A DNA stretch of 64,000 bases from an uncultured Lachnospiraceae bacterium (GTDB taxonomy: Bacteria; Bacillota; Clostridia; Oscillospirales; CAG-272): contig CAZVXL010000010.1 of NCBI GenBank assembly GCA_964631595.1, positions 685 through 64,684 on the forward strand. The letters are read 5' to 3'. Positions 50,099 to 59,317 of the stretch are shown here, one piece after another. Numbering within the stretch: position 1 is the stretch's first letter; each line of letters opens with the position of its first letter. Under the pieces are notes generated by a model. The model searched no databases. It was not told the DNA's origin and saw only the letters and a list, made by a program, of their open reading frames with translations. The translations under genes were made by a program, and so were the position numbers.

Positions 50099-50109
50099 TA
50101 AAAAAATAA

Positions 50110-50148
50110 AAAACGGGGGACCTCAGCTAAGACGGTTCCCCCATTTTT
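50110..50148 (+). terminator. ftsZ terminator
   Basis: GC-rich ggggga..cc / gg..tcccc stem followed by attttt. Confidence 0.7.
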
Positions 50149-50206
50149 GATATTGCGGATATGTGTGCGGCTTTGCCGCGTATCCGCGACCGAAAGGATC
50201 GCTATC

Positions 50207-51301
50207 ATGAAAAAAGTAATGCTTGTTTTCGGTACAAGACCGGAGGCAATAAAGATGTGCCCCCTTGTAAATGAGCTGAAAAGCCGACAGGGACTGAAGA
50301 CTGTGGTATGTGTTACGGGACAGCACAGGCAGATGCTCGATCAGGTGCTGAGCGCGTTTTCCGTCGTGCCCGATCACGATCTGTCGATCATGAAGCAGGG
50401 GCAAACGCTCTTTGACATCACCACCGGTATCCTCACCTCGATAAAGGGTGTGCTTGAGGAAGAAAAGCCGGATGTGGTGCTCGTTCACGGAGATACATCA
50501 ACTACGTTTGTGACTGCTCTTGCCTGCTTCTATTTGCAGATCCCCGTGGGACACGTCGAGGCGGGACTGCGAACCTACGATATTTATTCTCCGTATCCGG
50601 AGGAATTCAACAGACAGGCTGTCGGCATAATTTCAAGCTATAATTTCGCTCCCACCGAGCGCGCGAAGAACAATCTGCTCTCCGAGGGAAAGCCGGCGGG
50701 ATCCATATATGTCACGGGAAATACGGCGATAGATGCGCTGAGGACCACGGTGAGGGAGGATTACACTCACCCCGAGCTTGAGTGGGCGAGCGACAGCCGA
50801 CTTATCCTCATTACGGCGCACCGCCGCGAGAATCTCGGTGAGCCGATGCACAATATGTTCCGCGCGATACGCAGAGTGATGGAGGAGCATCCGGACGTAA
50901 AGGCGCTCTATCCCATTCACATGAATCCCGCGGTCAGAGCCACCGCCAAAGAGGAGCTCGGTGAGATAGACAGAGTACGTATCATCGAACCGCTTGAGGT
51001 GCTTGATTTCCACAATTTTCTTGCGCGAAGCTACATGATACTCACCGATTCCGGCGGTATTCAAGAGGAGGCGCCCTCACTCGGCAAGCCGGTGCTTGTG
51101 ATGCGCGATACAACGGAGCGTCCGGAGGGCATTGATGCCGGTACGCTCAAGCTTGTCGGTACGGACGAGGGTGTGATATACGAGAATTTCAAGCTTTTGC
51201 TTGAAGATGAGGCAGCGTATAACGCAATGGCTCACGCGAGCAATCCCTACGGCGACGGTCATGCCTGTCGGCGTATCGCGGACATAATCGAGGGCAAGTG
51301 A
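50207..51301 (+). CDS. wecB: UDP-N-acetylglucosamine 2-epimerase (non-hydrolysing)
   Basis: FGTRPEAIKM, TGQH, HGDT, HVEAGLR, HRREN, TDSGGIQEEAP, NPYGDG. Confidence 0.96.
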   Translation: MKKVMLVFGTRPEAIKMCPLVNELKSRQGLKTVVCVTGQHRQMLDQVLSAFSVVPDHDLSIMKQGQTLFDITTGILTSIKGVLEEEKPDVVLVHGDTSTTFVTALACFYLQIPVGHVEAGLRTYDIYSPYPEEFNRQAVGIISSYNFAPTERAKNNLLSEGKPAGSIYVTGNTAIDALRTTVREDYTHPELEWASDSRLILITAHRRENLGEPMHNMFRAIRRVMEEHPDVKALYPIHMNPAVRATAKEELGEIDRVRIIEPLEVLDFHNFLARSYMILTDSGGIQEEAPSLGKPVLVMRDTTERPEGIDAGTLKLVGTDEGVIYENFKLLLEDEAAYNAMAHASNPYGDGHACRRIADIIEGK

Positions 51302-51342
51302 GCTGCGACCCGAGGGATCACGCGAACTGACGAGACAAAGCA

Positions 51343-51387
51343 AAAATAAAACGAGGCGATCACCGAAGTGACTGCCTCGTATTTTTA
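51343..51387. terminator. Bidirectional terminator
   Basis: acgaggc..cac / gtg..gcctcgt flanked by A- and T-tracts. Confidence 0.7.
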
Positions 51388-51392
51388 TGCGA

Positions 51393-52085
51393 TCATTCGT
51401 ACAGGCTTACCGAATAGCTCTCCCAGAGCCCCACAAACGACTTGTCGGCTTCGACGATCAGGTGAGCCGAGGTGTTGCCCCCCGCGGATTTTTTGACCGC
51501 CAGAACAAGCTCACAGAGCTCGTCGCCGTCGATGCCCACGGAGTCCTCCCAGCCGCCCGAAAGCGAATAATTTGCGCCTCCGGCGGCATCATAGAAGGAG
51601 ATGAGTAATAGACAATTGTCTACAAAGAAATCGTCGGGATAGTTGTTCGCGATCTGCGAAAAGGGCTTGTCCCCCTTGCCGAAATCGAAATACGCGGAAT
51701 TTGCGTCAATGTACCGACTGAGACCCGCCGATGAGTACACGGGCATTATTACGGGATTCGGAGCCTCGTCGGAGATCAGCGGTGTTTCGTAGATGATACC
51801 GGTGAAGCCGGAAAATTCGATCGGCTTTACCGTCTGCTCCTCCGCAAGCTCGGACAGCTCCTTGGCAGAGGGCGTGTAGAGTGCCTTGATCTCCTCGGGG
51901 GTGGTCGGCTTTTTCTGGGAGTTGAATACGATCGGATTGCCGTTTGAATCTGTGAGGACGATGTTTCCGTTCTCGTCGGTGTGCAGAGGATTTGATTCGG
52001 TCTTCTTTGCCGCACAGCCGGAGATGAGTGAGGTGAGCAGAACCGCGCAGAGTGCGGCGCTCATGAGCTTTGTACCATGCTTCAT
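51393..52085 (-). CDS. Lipoprotein of unknown function
   Basis: Signal peptide with lipobox ISGC; TDENGN..TDSNGN motif. Confidence 0.75.
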   Translation of the reverse strand: MKHGTKLMSAALCAVLLTSLISGCAAKKTESNPLHTDENGNIVLTDSNGNPIVFNSQKKPTTPEEIKALYTPSAKELSELAEEQTVKPIEFSGFTGIIYETPLISDEAPNPVIMPVYSSAGLSRYIDANSAYFDFGKGDKPFSQIANNYPDDFFVDNCLLLISFYDAAGGANYSLSGGWEDSVGIDGDELCELVLAVKKSAGGNTSAHLIVEADKSFVGLWESYSVSLYE

Positions 52086-52098
52086 TTTCTTTATCCTT

Positions 52099-54237
52099 TC
52101 AGTTGATTATGTTTTCGTATTGCCCCGTCATTCGGATAACGGCGGCGCGCAGAGCTTTTATTTTGTCCGAGGAGAGCGTCGGATCCTCCTCAATGAGCTC
52201 TCTGGCGGCACCTGCCGCCTCGTCGATAAGACTGACGTCTGCGGTGAGGGCGGAATATACGCTGTCGCTTGCACCGCTCTGCTTTATTATTCCGCCGACG
52301 GCGAAGAAATCGCCGGGGCCGCGTTGCCGCAGATCCTCCTCCGCGATCTTGAAGCCGCTGCGGTTCTTGCACATCGTATCAAGTCGGGCGAGAGCCTTGG
52401 GGTTTTTAGAATCGGATACGAGGATACAGTAGGATTTTGCCGTTCCTCTGCCGACACGTCCGCGAAGCTGATGAAGCTGGGAGAGTCCGAATCTTTCCGC
52501 GTTTTCGACTATCATAAGAGTGGCGGAGGGAACATTCACGCCGACCTCTATTACGGTGGTGGAGACGAGAACGTCAAGCTTTCCAGCGGCGAAATCGAGC
52601 ATCACGCTGTCTCTGTCGGATGCGCTGAGCTTTCCGTGCACAAAGCCGATTCTCAGCTCCGGCAGAGCTTCGGACAGCTCGCGCGCGAAATCCACTGCCG
52701 CCTTCATCGGCGGAGCCTCCTCCGTGTTGTACGTGAGGTCTGCCATCTCCTCGGGATCCTCCGTCGGCTTTTCCTCAACGGCGGGGCAGACCACATAGAC
52801 CTGATGCCCCTCGGCGGCTTGCCGCCTGATAAAGCCGTTAAGCCGAGCACGGTAGCTCTCGTCAACGGCAAAGGTGCTGACGGGAACGCGTCCCGGAGGC
52901 AATTCGTCAAGCACGGAAACATCGAGGTCGCCGTACATAACGAGGCTCAGAGTTCTCGGTATCGGGGTGGCGCTCATGACGAGCGTATGAACGTAGCCCG
53001 CCTTGCCCTCAAGAGCGGCACGTTGCATTACACCGAAGCGGTGCTGCTCGTCGGTGATGACAAGTCCAAGCCCCGCAAAGCTTACATTGTCGGAGAGGAG
53101 GGCGTGAGTTCCGATGACGAGAGCGATCCTCTCTCCCGCGCCCGACAGACCCGCGAGTATGCGCGTCTTTTCCTTTTTCGGCGTAGACGAGGTGAGCAGA
53201 GCGACACTGATGCCGAGCCCTGCAAAAAGCGGAGCAAGCTCCGAATAGTGCTGATTTGCGAGGATCTCCGTCGGAACCATGAGAGCACAGATACAGCCGG
53301 ATCGAATACACATATACGCGGCGGCGGCGGCAACTGCGGTCTTTCCGCTGCCCACATCTCCCGATATCATGCGCTTCATCGGACGAACGGAGGCGAGGTC
53401 GCGTGAGATATCGTCAATGGCTCTTTGCTGACAGGAGGTGAGCGAAAAGGGTAGCGCTCCGAGAAATTCCTCCATAGATGTCGGCTTCATGAATACGGCA
53501 CCCCTGTCGGGTCTTCGCGAGCCGGAGAAGGCAAGGGATGCCGAGGTGACGAAGATTTTCTCAAAGGCAAACCGACGTCTTGCGCTGTCGGTATCCTCCT
53601 CGGTGCTCGGGCTGTGTATCCTTCGGAATGCCTCTGCTGTTCCGATCAGACCGAAGCGTTCGCGAATACTTTGCGGGAGCACCTCGGCATCGTCGATATC
53701 GGTGCACGTAAGTGCATCGGAAATGAGACGTGAGATGTAATTCTGAGTTAAGCCCGCCGAGAGCGGATACACGGGCGTAATGGGGCGCAGAGCCTCTCGG
53801 CTTGTGTAAAATTCGACTATCGGGGAGGTGACGGAGTATTTTCTGCCGTCAAGCCGAAACCGTCCCCACACGCGAACGGTCTGCCCGATGCGGAGCTTGT
53901 CCGCAAGATAGGTTTGATTGAAGAACGTGAGCTGAGCGGAGGAAATGCTGTCGGGAAAGTCCGTCTCCACGGCGCGAGCCTTGACGAGAGTCATGCGACC
54001 GCGTACTCTGGCGGCTCTTGCATTGTCCGCTACGGTGAGCATTACCGACGAGGGAAGCCCCCTTTCTCCGCGCATTGCGGCTTCGGAGAGACTGACCGTC
54101 GCGCCTCTGCCCTGATATCCGCGCGGGAAATGGCACAGCAGCTCATACACGCTGTGTATACCGAGCCGTGCGAGCGCCGCGGCGCGCTTTTCACCCACTC
54201 CGGACAGTACCGTCACGCTGTCATGTATACTTATCAT
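52099..54237 (-). CDS. recG: ATP-dependent DNA helicase RecG
   Basis: GDVGSGKT, PTEILANQH, DEQHRFGV, MSATPIPRTL, QLHQLRGRVGRG. Confidence 0.98.
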   Translation of the reverse strand: MISIHDSVTVLSGVGEKRAAALARLGIHSVYELLCHFPRGYQGRGATVSLSEAAMRGERGLPSSVMLTVADNARAARVRGRMTLVKARAVETDFPDSISSAQLTFFNQTYLADKLRIGQTVRVWGRFRLDGRKYSVTSPIVEFYTSREALRPITPVYPLSAGLTQNYISRLISDALTCTDIDDAEVLPQSIRERFGLIGTAEAFRRIHSPSTEEDTDSARRRFAFEKIFVTSASLAFSGSRRPDRGAVFMKPTSMEEFLGALPFSLTSCQQRAIDDISRDLASVRPMKRMISGDVGSGKTAVAAAAAYMCIRSGCICALMVPTEILANQHYSELAPLFAGLGISVALLTSSTPKKEKTRILAGLSGAGERIALVIGTHALLSDNVSFAGLGLVITDEQHRFGVMQRAALEGKAGYVHTLVMSATPIPRTLSLVMYGDLDVSVLDELPPGRVPVSTFAVDESYRARLNGFIRRQAAEGHQVYVVCPAVEEKPTEDPEEMADLTYNTEEAPPMKAAVDFARELSEALPELRIGFVHGKLSASDRDSVMLDFAAGKLDVLVSTTVIEVGVNVPSATLMIVENAERFGLSQLHQLRGRVGRGTAKSYCILVSDSKNPKALARLDTMCKNRSGFKIAEEDLRQRGPGDFFAVGGIIKQSGASDSVYSALTADVSLIDEAAGAARELIEEDPTLSSDKIKALRAAVIRMTGQYENIIN

Positions 54238-54278
54238 AGCTACGGAGATGACCGTCCCTCAGAGACGGTCAAATATCA

Positions 54279-55439
54279 TTACTCCATTATAAATTTACCG
54301 AAATATTCGGGGCGGTGGAAATCGGGATTTTCGGTCATGACCTCATTCCACATTGCGTAGTGCTCGTTTCCGGTGATATCGGCACCGCCGGTCTTGTAGA
54401 AGTTACCGGTAAAGCTGTAGCCGGAGACGAACGTATCTGCGGTCAGCCCCTTGCCGTAGAATGCCTGAAGCTTTTCGATCGGGATCTCCATCGTGAGAGT
54501 CCAGTATCCGTTTTCAACGGAGGGATTCATCACAAACATATCCTCAAGCTTGAGATGACGTCTTGCATCGCGGCGGCTCTCTCTTGATGCGCCGTACTGG
54601 ATGCACATGGTTCCGATGGAGTTTGACTCAATGTTGAGGTAATTCGTGTCGCCGTACCAAATTGCGAAGAATTCCATGCAGCTGTCAAGACAAACGGGGT
54701 CTGCGAAATTCTTGTAGGTCGCGGCGGGGAAGCTTTCGAGACAGGTCATACGGCAGAGGAAGCCCCAGTCCTTGATATAGACAAGCTGAGCCCATGTCTC
54801 GTATGTCTCACACTCCACCCATTTGTAATTGTTGACCGAGGCGGCGGTCACGGTGTCCCAAACCACCTCGTCGGCACTGTTGAAGGTCTTGATCGTGTAA
54901 ACGTTCATGTTGTTTTCCACCTCATCCTGATAAATTACCTTGTTAGGCAGCAACGGCTCGGCAAGAGCGATCTTCCAGCCGGCGATATACTTCAAAACCA
55001 CAGTCACATCGGCAAGTCCGAGCTCTCCGTTGCCGTCGATATCCGCAGCAGGCCCATACAGTTCAATATCCCAGCCCGCAAGACTTTTCAGCATGAATGT
55101 CACGTCTGCGAGGGTGATACTGCCGTCCGAATTCACATCGGCGGGGACTGTTATTCGCGCGATCTCTCCGTCGGCGCTCATGACGTGAGAGCCGCTTGCC
55201 ACAAGCTCCGCATCGGAGTATATGACCCCGTCGGGGCTCTTGACGTATACGTCTCCGCTGAACTGAGAGACGATGTATTCGGCGGTCACGGGTCGGGATA
55301 TTCCGATGAGGTCGCCGTCCTCACTGCATTTCAGCACGGCATTCGGCTTTAGACTCGGGGTGGCGGCGTAGGATGTGCTGGAGATAAGACTCACGGTGAC
55401 AGCGGCGGCGGACAGAAGTGACAGCAATTGCTTTTTCAT
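54279..55439 (-). CDS. Secreted X-module + dockerin + CBM9-like domain protein
   Basis: Signal MKKQLLS; DVNSDGSITLAD..LKSLAGW / DIDGNGELGLAD..LKYIAGW; DSCMEFF, YLNIE, GNFYK, PDFHRPEYFG. Confidence 0.75.
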   Translation of the reverse strand: MKKQLLSLLSAAAVTVSLISSTSYAATPSLKPNAVLKCSEDGDLIGISRPVTAEYIVSQFSGDVYVKSPDGVIYSDAELVASGSHVMSADGEIARITVPADVNSDGSITLADVTFMLKSLAGWDIELYGPAADIDGNGELGLADVTVVLKYIAGWKIALAEPLLPNKVIYQDEVENNMNVYTIKTFNSADEVVWDTVTAASVNNYKWVECETYETWAQLVYIKDWGFLCRMTCLESFPAATYKNFADPVCLDSCMEFFAIWYGDTNYLNIESNSIGTMCIQYGASRESRRDARRHLKLEDMFVMNPSVENGYWTLTMEIPIEKLQAFYGKGLTADTFVSGYSFTGNFYKTGGADITGNEHYAMWNEVMTENPDFHRPEYFGKFIME

Positions 55440-55469
55440 AGGTATCTCCATATATAATACTGTAGAATA

Positions 55470-55498
55470 ATTTTATCATACAGCCGAATATATGTCAA
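55470..55498 (-). promoter_or_regulatory. Promoter of the dockerin-CBM9-like gene
   Basis: TTGACA-17-TAAAAT with extended TG. Confidence 0.75.
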
Positions 55499-55767
55499 GC
55501 GAAATATCCCACTTGAGTGCGATATCGCGCGCAGATACGGCGACGCTGAGGTGCGTATCATCATGTACAAAAAACAGGTCGAAGGGTGTCGTAATTTCGG
55601 CTTTTGCTTCCTTGACTTGCGTGTGCGGTTGTGATATATTTATAGTATATAATATGTAAAAGTGTGCCGAGACCGCACGGTCTCGGAGAGACGGGAATTT
55701 GCGCCGTCGCCGCAACGTAGGCTTGGTGTCTGTCCCGAAATCGCTTTATTCACGGAGGATCTCGTTT

Positions 55768-57078
55768 ATGGAAACTATGCTTGCGCTGTCTGTCGCACTG
55801 CTTGCGGGACTGCTTATGTCGCGACTTACAAAGCTGCTCGGGCTTCCTGCGGTCACGGCGTATCTTGTCGCCGGAATACTTATCGGCCCGTATTGTCTCG
55901 GCAGACTCGGGATAGGAGGGCTCGGCTTTACAAGCCACGAAAACGTAATGAGCTTTAAGCTCATATCGGAGGTGGCGCTCGGCTTTATCGCCTTCTCCAT
56001 CGGAGATTCCTTCAGATTGTCACAGCTCAAGAAGATAGGCAGACAGGCGGTGGTCATTGCGATATTCGAGGGAGTTACGGCGACGCTGTTTGTCGATATC
56101 GCCCTTATCGCGCTTCATTTCATTATCGGAGACAAGCTGCCGCTTCACGTTTCCGTAACGCTCGGCGCTATTGCGGCGGCGACCGCTCCCGCGGCAACGC
56201 TTATGGTCGTCAGACAGTATAAGGCGAAGGGCGCGCTGACCGATATGCTTCTGCCCGTGGTCGCCCTTGACGATGCGGTGTGCCTTATCGTATTCGCAGT
56301 ATCCTTCGGAATAGCGAAGGCGATGAATTACGGCACGTACGATCTTGTGTCGATAGCGCTTGAGCCGATGCTTGAGATAGTGCTGTCGCTTCTGCTCGGT
56401 GCGGTCATGGGATATCTTTTCAATGTTGTCGAGAGATTCTTTGAATCCAATACCCGCCGCCTGTGTATTTCGATCACCTTTGTTATGCTGAACGTGGCAC
56501 TGTCGATGACGGAGTTTGACATAGGCGGAGTACATATCGGCTTTTCCACGCTCCTTGCGTGCATGATGATGAGCACGGTGTTCTGCAATATCTGTGAGTT
56601 CTCCGATGAGATAATGGAAAAGACCAACAAGTGGACACAGCCGTTGTTTGTGCTGTTCTTTGTGCTCAGCGGAGCGGAGCTTGAGCTGAGTGTATTTACG
56701 GATATTGCCATTGTCGGCATCGGTATCGTATATATCCTGTTCCGCTCGGCGGGCAAGATGGTCGGCGCTACGGCAAGCTCCAAGCTCATGCACTGCCCGA
56801 GCGAGGTGTCAAGGTATCTCGGTATCACACTGCTGCCGCAGGCGGGCGTGGCTCTCGGAATGTCCATCACCGCCATGTCGATGCCGAACGGCGGAAGCAC
56901 GATAAGGAATATCGCGCTGTTCTCGGTGCTCATATATGAGCTTGCGGGCCCTCTTATGACAAAAATAGCGCTGACAAAGGCGGGCAATATACCGCCGAAG
57001 CAGCCGACACCGAGAGGAATTGCAAAGGAATCGAAGAAGTCCGCCTCGGGGCGCAATGGAGCGCGTGATACGGAGTGA
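55768..57078 (+). CDS. Cation:proton antiporter (CPA2 family)
   Basis: Multi-pass membrane protein; LPAVTAYLVAGILIGP, AATAPAAT, VVALDDA, LLPQAGVALG. Confidence 0.9.
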   Translation: METMLALSVALLAGLLMSRLTKLLGLPAVTAYLVAGILIGPYCLGRLGIGGLGFTSHENVMSFKLISEVALGFIAFSIGDSFRLSQLKKIGRQAVVIAIFEGVTATLFVDIALIALHFIIGDKLPLHVSVTLGAIAAATAPAATLMVVRQYKAKGALTDMLLPVVALDDAVCLIVFAVSFGIAKAMNYGTYDLVSIALEPMLEIVLSLLLGAVMGYLFNVVERFFESNTRRLCISITFVMLNVALSMTEFDIGGVHIGFSTLLACMMMSTVFCNICEFSDEIMEKTNKWTQPLFVLFFVLSGAELELSVFTDIAIVGIGIVYILFRSAGKMVGATASSKLMHCPSEVSRYLGITLLPQAGVALGMSITAMSMPNGGSTIRNIALFSVLIYELAGPLMTKIALTKAGNIPPKQPTPRGIAKESKKSASGRNGARDTE

Positions 57079-57090
57079 CGGGAGGCCACG

Positions 57091-57864
57091 GTGGAAAAAA
57101 AGAACGATACGGAGAGAGTCGAGGTTGCCGATACCGCGGAGAATAAGTCGCTTCCCCCGATGCCGCCTCCGCCCCTGCATCGCAGGAGATACGGGAGACG
57201 TCGCCTCGGCGGATACGGCAGATATGCGGTCTGGGTGGCGGCTGTTGCCGTTGCACTGTGCCTTGTCGGCGGCGCGGCGGCGCTGATACGCGCCCATTAC
57301 GCGAAGGCTCCCGATATCGAGGTGTCGGGCGATTCCGGCTGGAAGGCACCCGATTACGTCGATGTACAGCTTATTGCGAAGAATGAATATTCGAGATGCG
57401 GCGAAAAGCTGGAGGCGGTGCGCGGCATAGTGGTACACTATGTGGCAAATCCCAATACCTCGGCGGCGGCAAATCGAAGCTATTTTGCGGGGCTTGCCCA
57501 AAGCGGCGCCACATATGCGAGCAGTAATTTTATAATCGGGCTTGAGGGAGAGGTCATTCAGTGCGTTCCGGCAGATGAGGTGGCATATGCCTCCAACAGT
57601 CGCAACAGCGATACGTTGTCGGTGGAGTGCTGTCATCCGGATGAGACGGGGAAATTCACCGATGAGACCTACAGCTCTCTTGTGAGGCTTTGCGCGGATC
57701 TGTGCAATAACTTCGGGCTTGATCCGGAGACGGATATCATCAGGCATTACGATATCACCGGTAAGCTTTGCCCGCTGTATTTCGTCGAAAACGAGGCCGA
57801 GTGGACGAACTTTCTTCGGGACGTGGCGGAGGAAACGGAGACTTCACCGAGTTCACGAAAATAA
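57091..57864 (+). CDS. Membrane-anchored N-acetylmuramoyl-L-alanine amidase (Amidase_2)
   Basis: TM helix; IVVHY, SVECCH, IIRHYDITGKLCP zinc ligands. Confidence 0.88.
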   Translation: MEKKNDTERVEVADTAENKSLPPMPPPPLHRRRYGRRRLGGYGRYAVWVAAVAVALCLVGGAAALIRAHYAKAPDIEVSGDSGWKAPDYVDVQLIAKNEYSRCGEKLEAVRGIVVHYVANPNTSAAANRSYFAGLAQSGATYASSNFIIGLEGEVIQCVPADEVAYASNSRNSDTLSVECCHPDETGKFTDETYSSLVRLCADLCNNFGLDPETDIIRHYDITGKLCPLYFVENEAEWTNFLRDVAEETETSPSSRK

Positions 57865-57950
57865 GTTGACAGCACACGGTGATATGTGGTACAATACCAC
57901 TGGATTTTATTTATGATATACAGCCGCTCTGCGGCAGATTGGGGATAATT

Positions 57951-59177
57951 ATGACTTACACAGAGGCAAAGGAAAAGCTTGCAAAATACGGACAGGAGCA
58001 CGTGCTGGCGCACTACGACTCCCTGAATGATGCCGACAAGGCGGCACTTCTTGCTCAGATCGAGGATACGGAGCTTTCCGTGATCGAGGTCTATGCAAAG
58101 AGAAACGAGGAGGCCGTAAAGGGTACGATCGCGCCTCTGCCCGCAATGGAGCTGCATGAGATCGAGGCAGACAAGGTGACGTATTATGCAACAGGTCTTG
58201 AGGCAATAAAGGCAGGCAAGGTCGGAGCAGTGCTTCTTGCCGGAGGAATGGGAACGAGACTCGGCTCGGACAATCCCAAGGGAATGTACGATATCGGTCT
58301 TACAAAAGAGGTGTACATCTTCCAGCGCATATTTGAAAATCTGCTTGACGTGGTACATATGGCAGGTGCATGGGTACACCTTTTCATCATGACGAGCGAT
58401 AAGAACAACGATGCCACCATCGGCTTTATTAAAGAGAAGAATTACTTCGGATACAATCCCGAATACGTTCATTTCTTCATTCAGGAAATGGCACCCGCCG
58501 TTGACAGAGACGGCAAGATATATATGGAGTCTCCCTGCAAGATGTCCACCTCCCCCAACGGAAACGGCGGCTGGTTCTCATCTATGGCGAAGGCGGGACT
58601 TGCAGTAAAGGCAAAGGAATACGGCATTGAGTGGCTGAATACGTTTGCCGTGGACAACGTGCTTCAGAGAATTGCCGACCCCGTGTTTGTCGGAGCTACG
58701 ATCAGATCCGGCAAGACAGTCGGCGCAAAGGTCGTAAAGAAAAACGCGCCCGACGAGAAGGTCGGAGTTATCTGCCTTGAGGACGGACACCCGTCGATCG
58801 TCGAGTATTATGAGTTGACGGATGAGCTGATGAACGCAAAGAACGAGAAGGGCGAGCCCGCGTACTACTTCGGCGTTATCCTCAATTATCTTTTCCGTCT
58901 TGATGAGCTCATGGATATCGCGGACAAGAAAATGCCTCTGCACATCGTGGAGAAGAAGATCCCGTACATGAACGAGAAGGGCGAGACGGTGAAGCCGGAG
59001 TCCCCGAACGGCTTCAAGTTTGAGACGCTTGTCCTTGACATGATAAATCTGGCGGATTCCTGCCTGCCCTTTGAGGTAGTGAGAAACAGAGAGTTTGCCC
59101 CCATCAAGAACAAGACGGGCATTGACTCGGTGGAAAGCGCACGTGAGCTTTGCAAGCTGAACGGCATTGAGCTGTAA
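57951..59177 (+). CDS. UDPGP/UAP-family sugar-1-phosphate uridylyltransferase
   Basis: LLAGGMGTRLG..PKG, SPNGNGG, VDN, IVEYYE, KFET, EFAPIKN. Confidence 0.88.
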   Translation: MTYTEAKEKLAKYGQEHVLAHYDSLNDADKAALLAQIEDTELSVIEVYAKRNEEAVKGTIAPLPAMELHEIEADKVTYYATGLEAIKAGKVGAVLLAGGMGTRLGSDNPKGMYDIGLTKEVYIFQRIFENLLDVVHMAGAWVHLFIMTSDKNNDATIGFIKEKNYFGYNPEYVHFFIQEMAPAVDRDGKIYMESPCKMSTSPNGNGGWFSSMAKAGLAVKAKEYGIEWLNTFAVDNVLQRIADPVFVGATIRSGKTVGAKVVKKNAPDEKVGVICLEDGHPSIVEYYELTDELMNAKNEKGEPAYYFGVILNYLFRLDELMDIADKKMPLHIVEKKIPYMNEKGETVKPESPNGFKFETLVLDMINLADSCLPFEVVRNREFAPIKNKTGIDSVESARELCKLNGIEL

Positions 59178-59196
59178 TTTGTATAATAACCGCGAC

Positions 59197-59224
59197 GGGA
59201 GCTGTCTTATGACAGCTCCCTTTT
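59197..59224 (+). terminator. Intrinsic terminator
   Basis: gggagctgtc-ttat-gacagctccc-tttt. Confidence 0.9.
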
Positions 59225-59253
59225 GCGTTAGTCGGTGTTCCCTCACCCGTCCG

Positions 59254-59282
59254 GAATACATTTGCCGCCCGCATCATATATT
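59254..59282 (+). promoter_or_regulatory. Putative sigmaE (mother-cell sporulation) promoter
   Basis: gaATAca-14 nt-CATATATT upstream of a spore coat gene. Confidence 0.55.
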
Positions 59283-59317
59283 TTACCGAAAGCATAGTGC
59301 TGAAACGGAGGATATAT

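Noticed and set aside
55690-55745. c-di-AMP (ydaO) riboswitch call
   Set aside because: Only fragments (gtagg, cccgaa) resemble it and the other conserved elements are missing; kept only as an unnamed candidate leader
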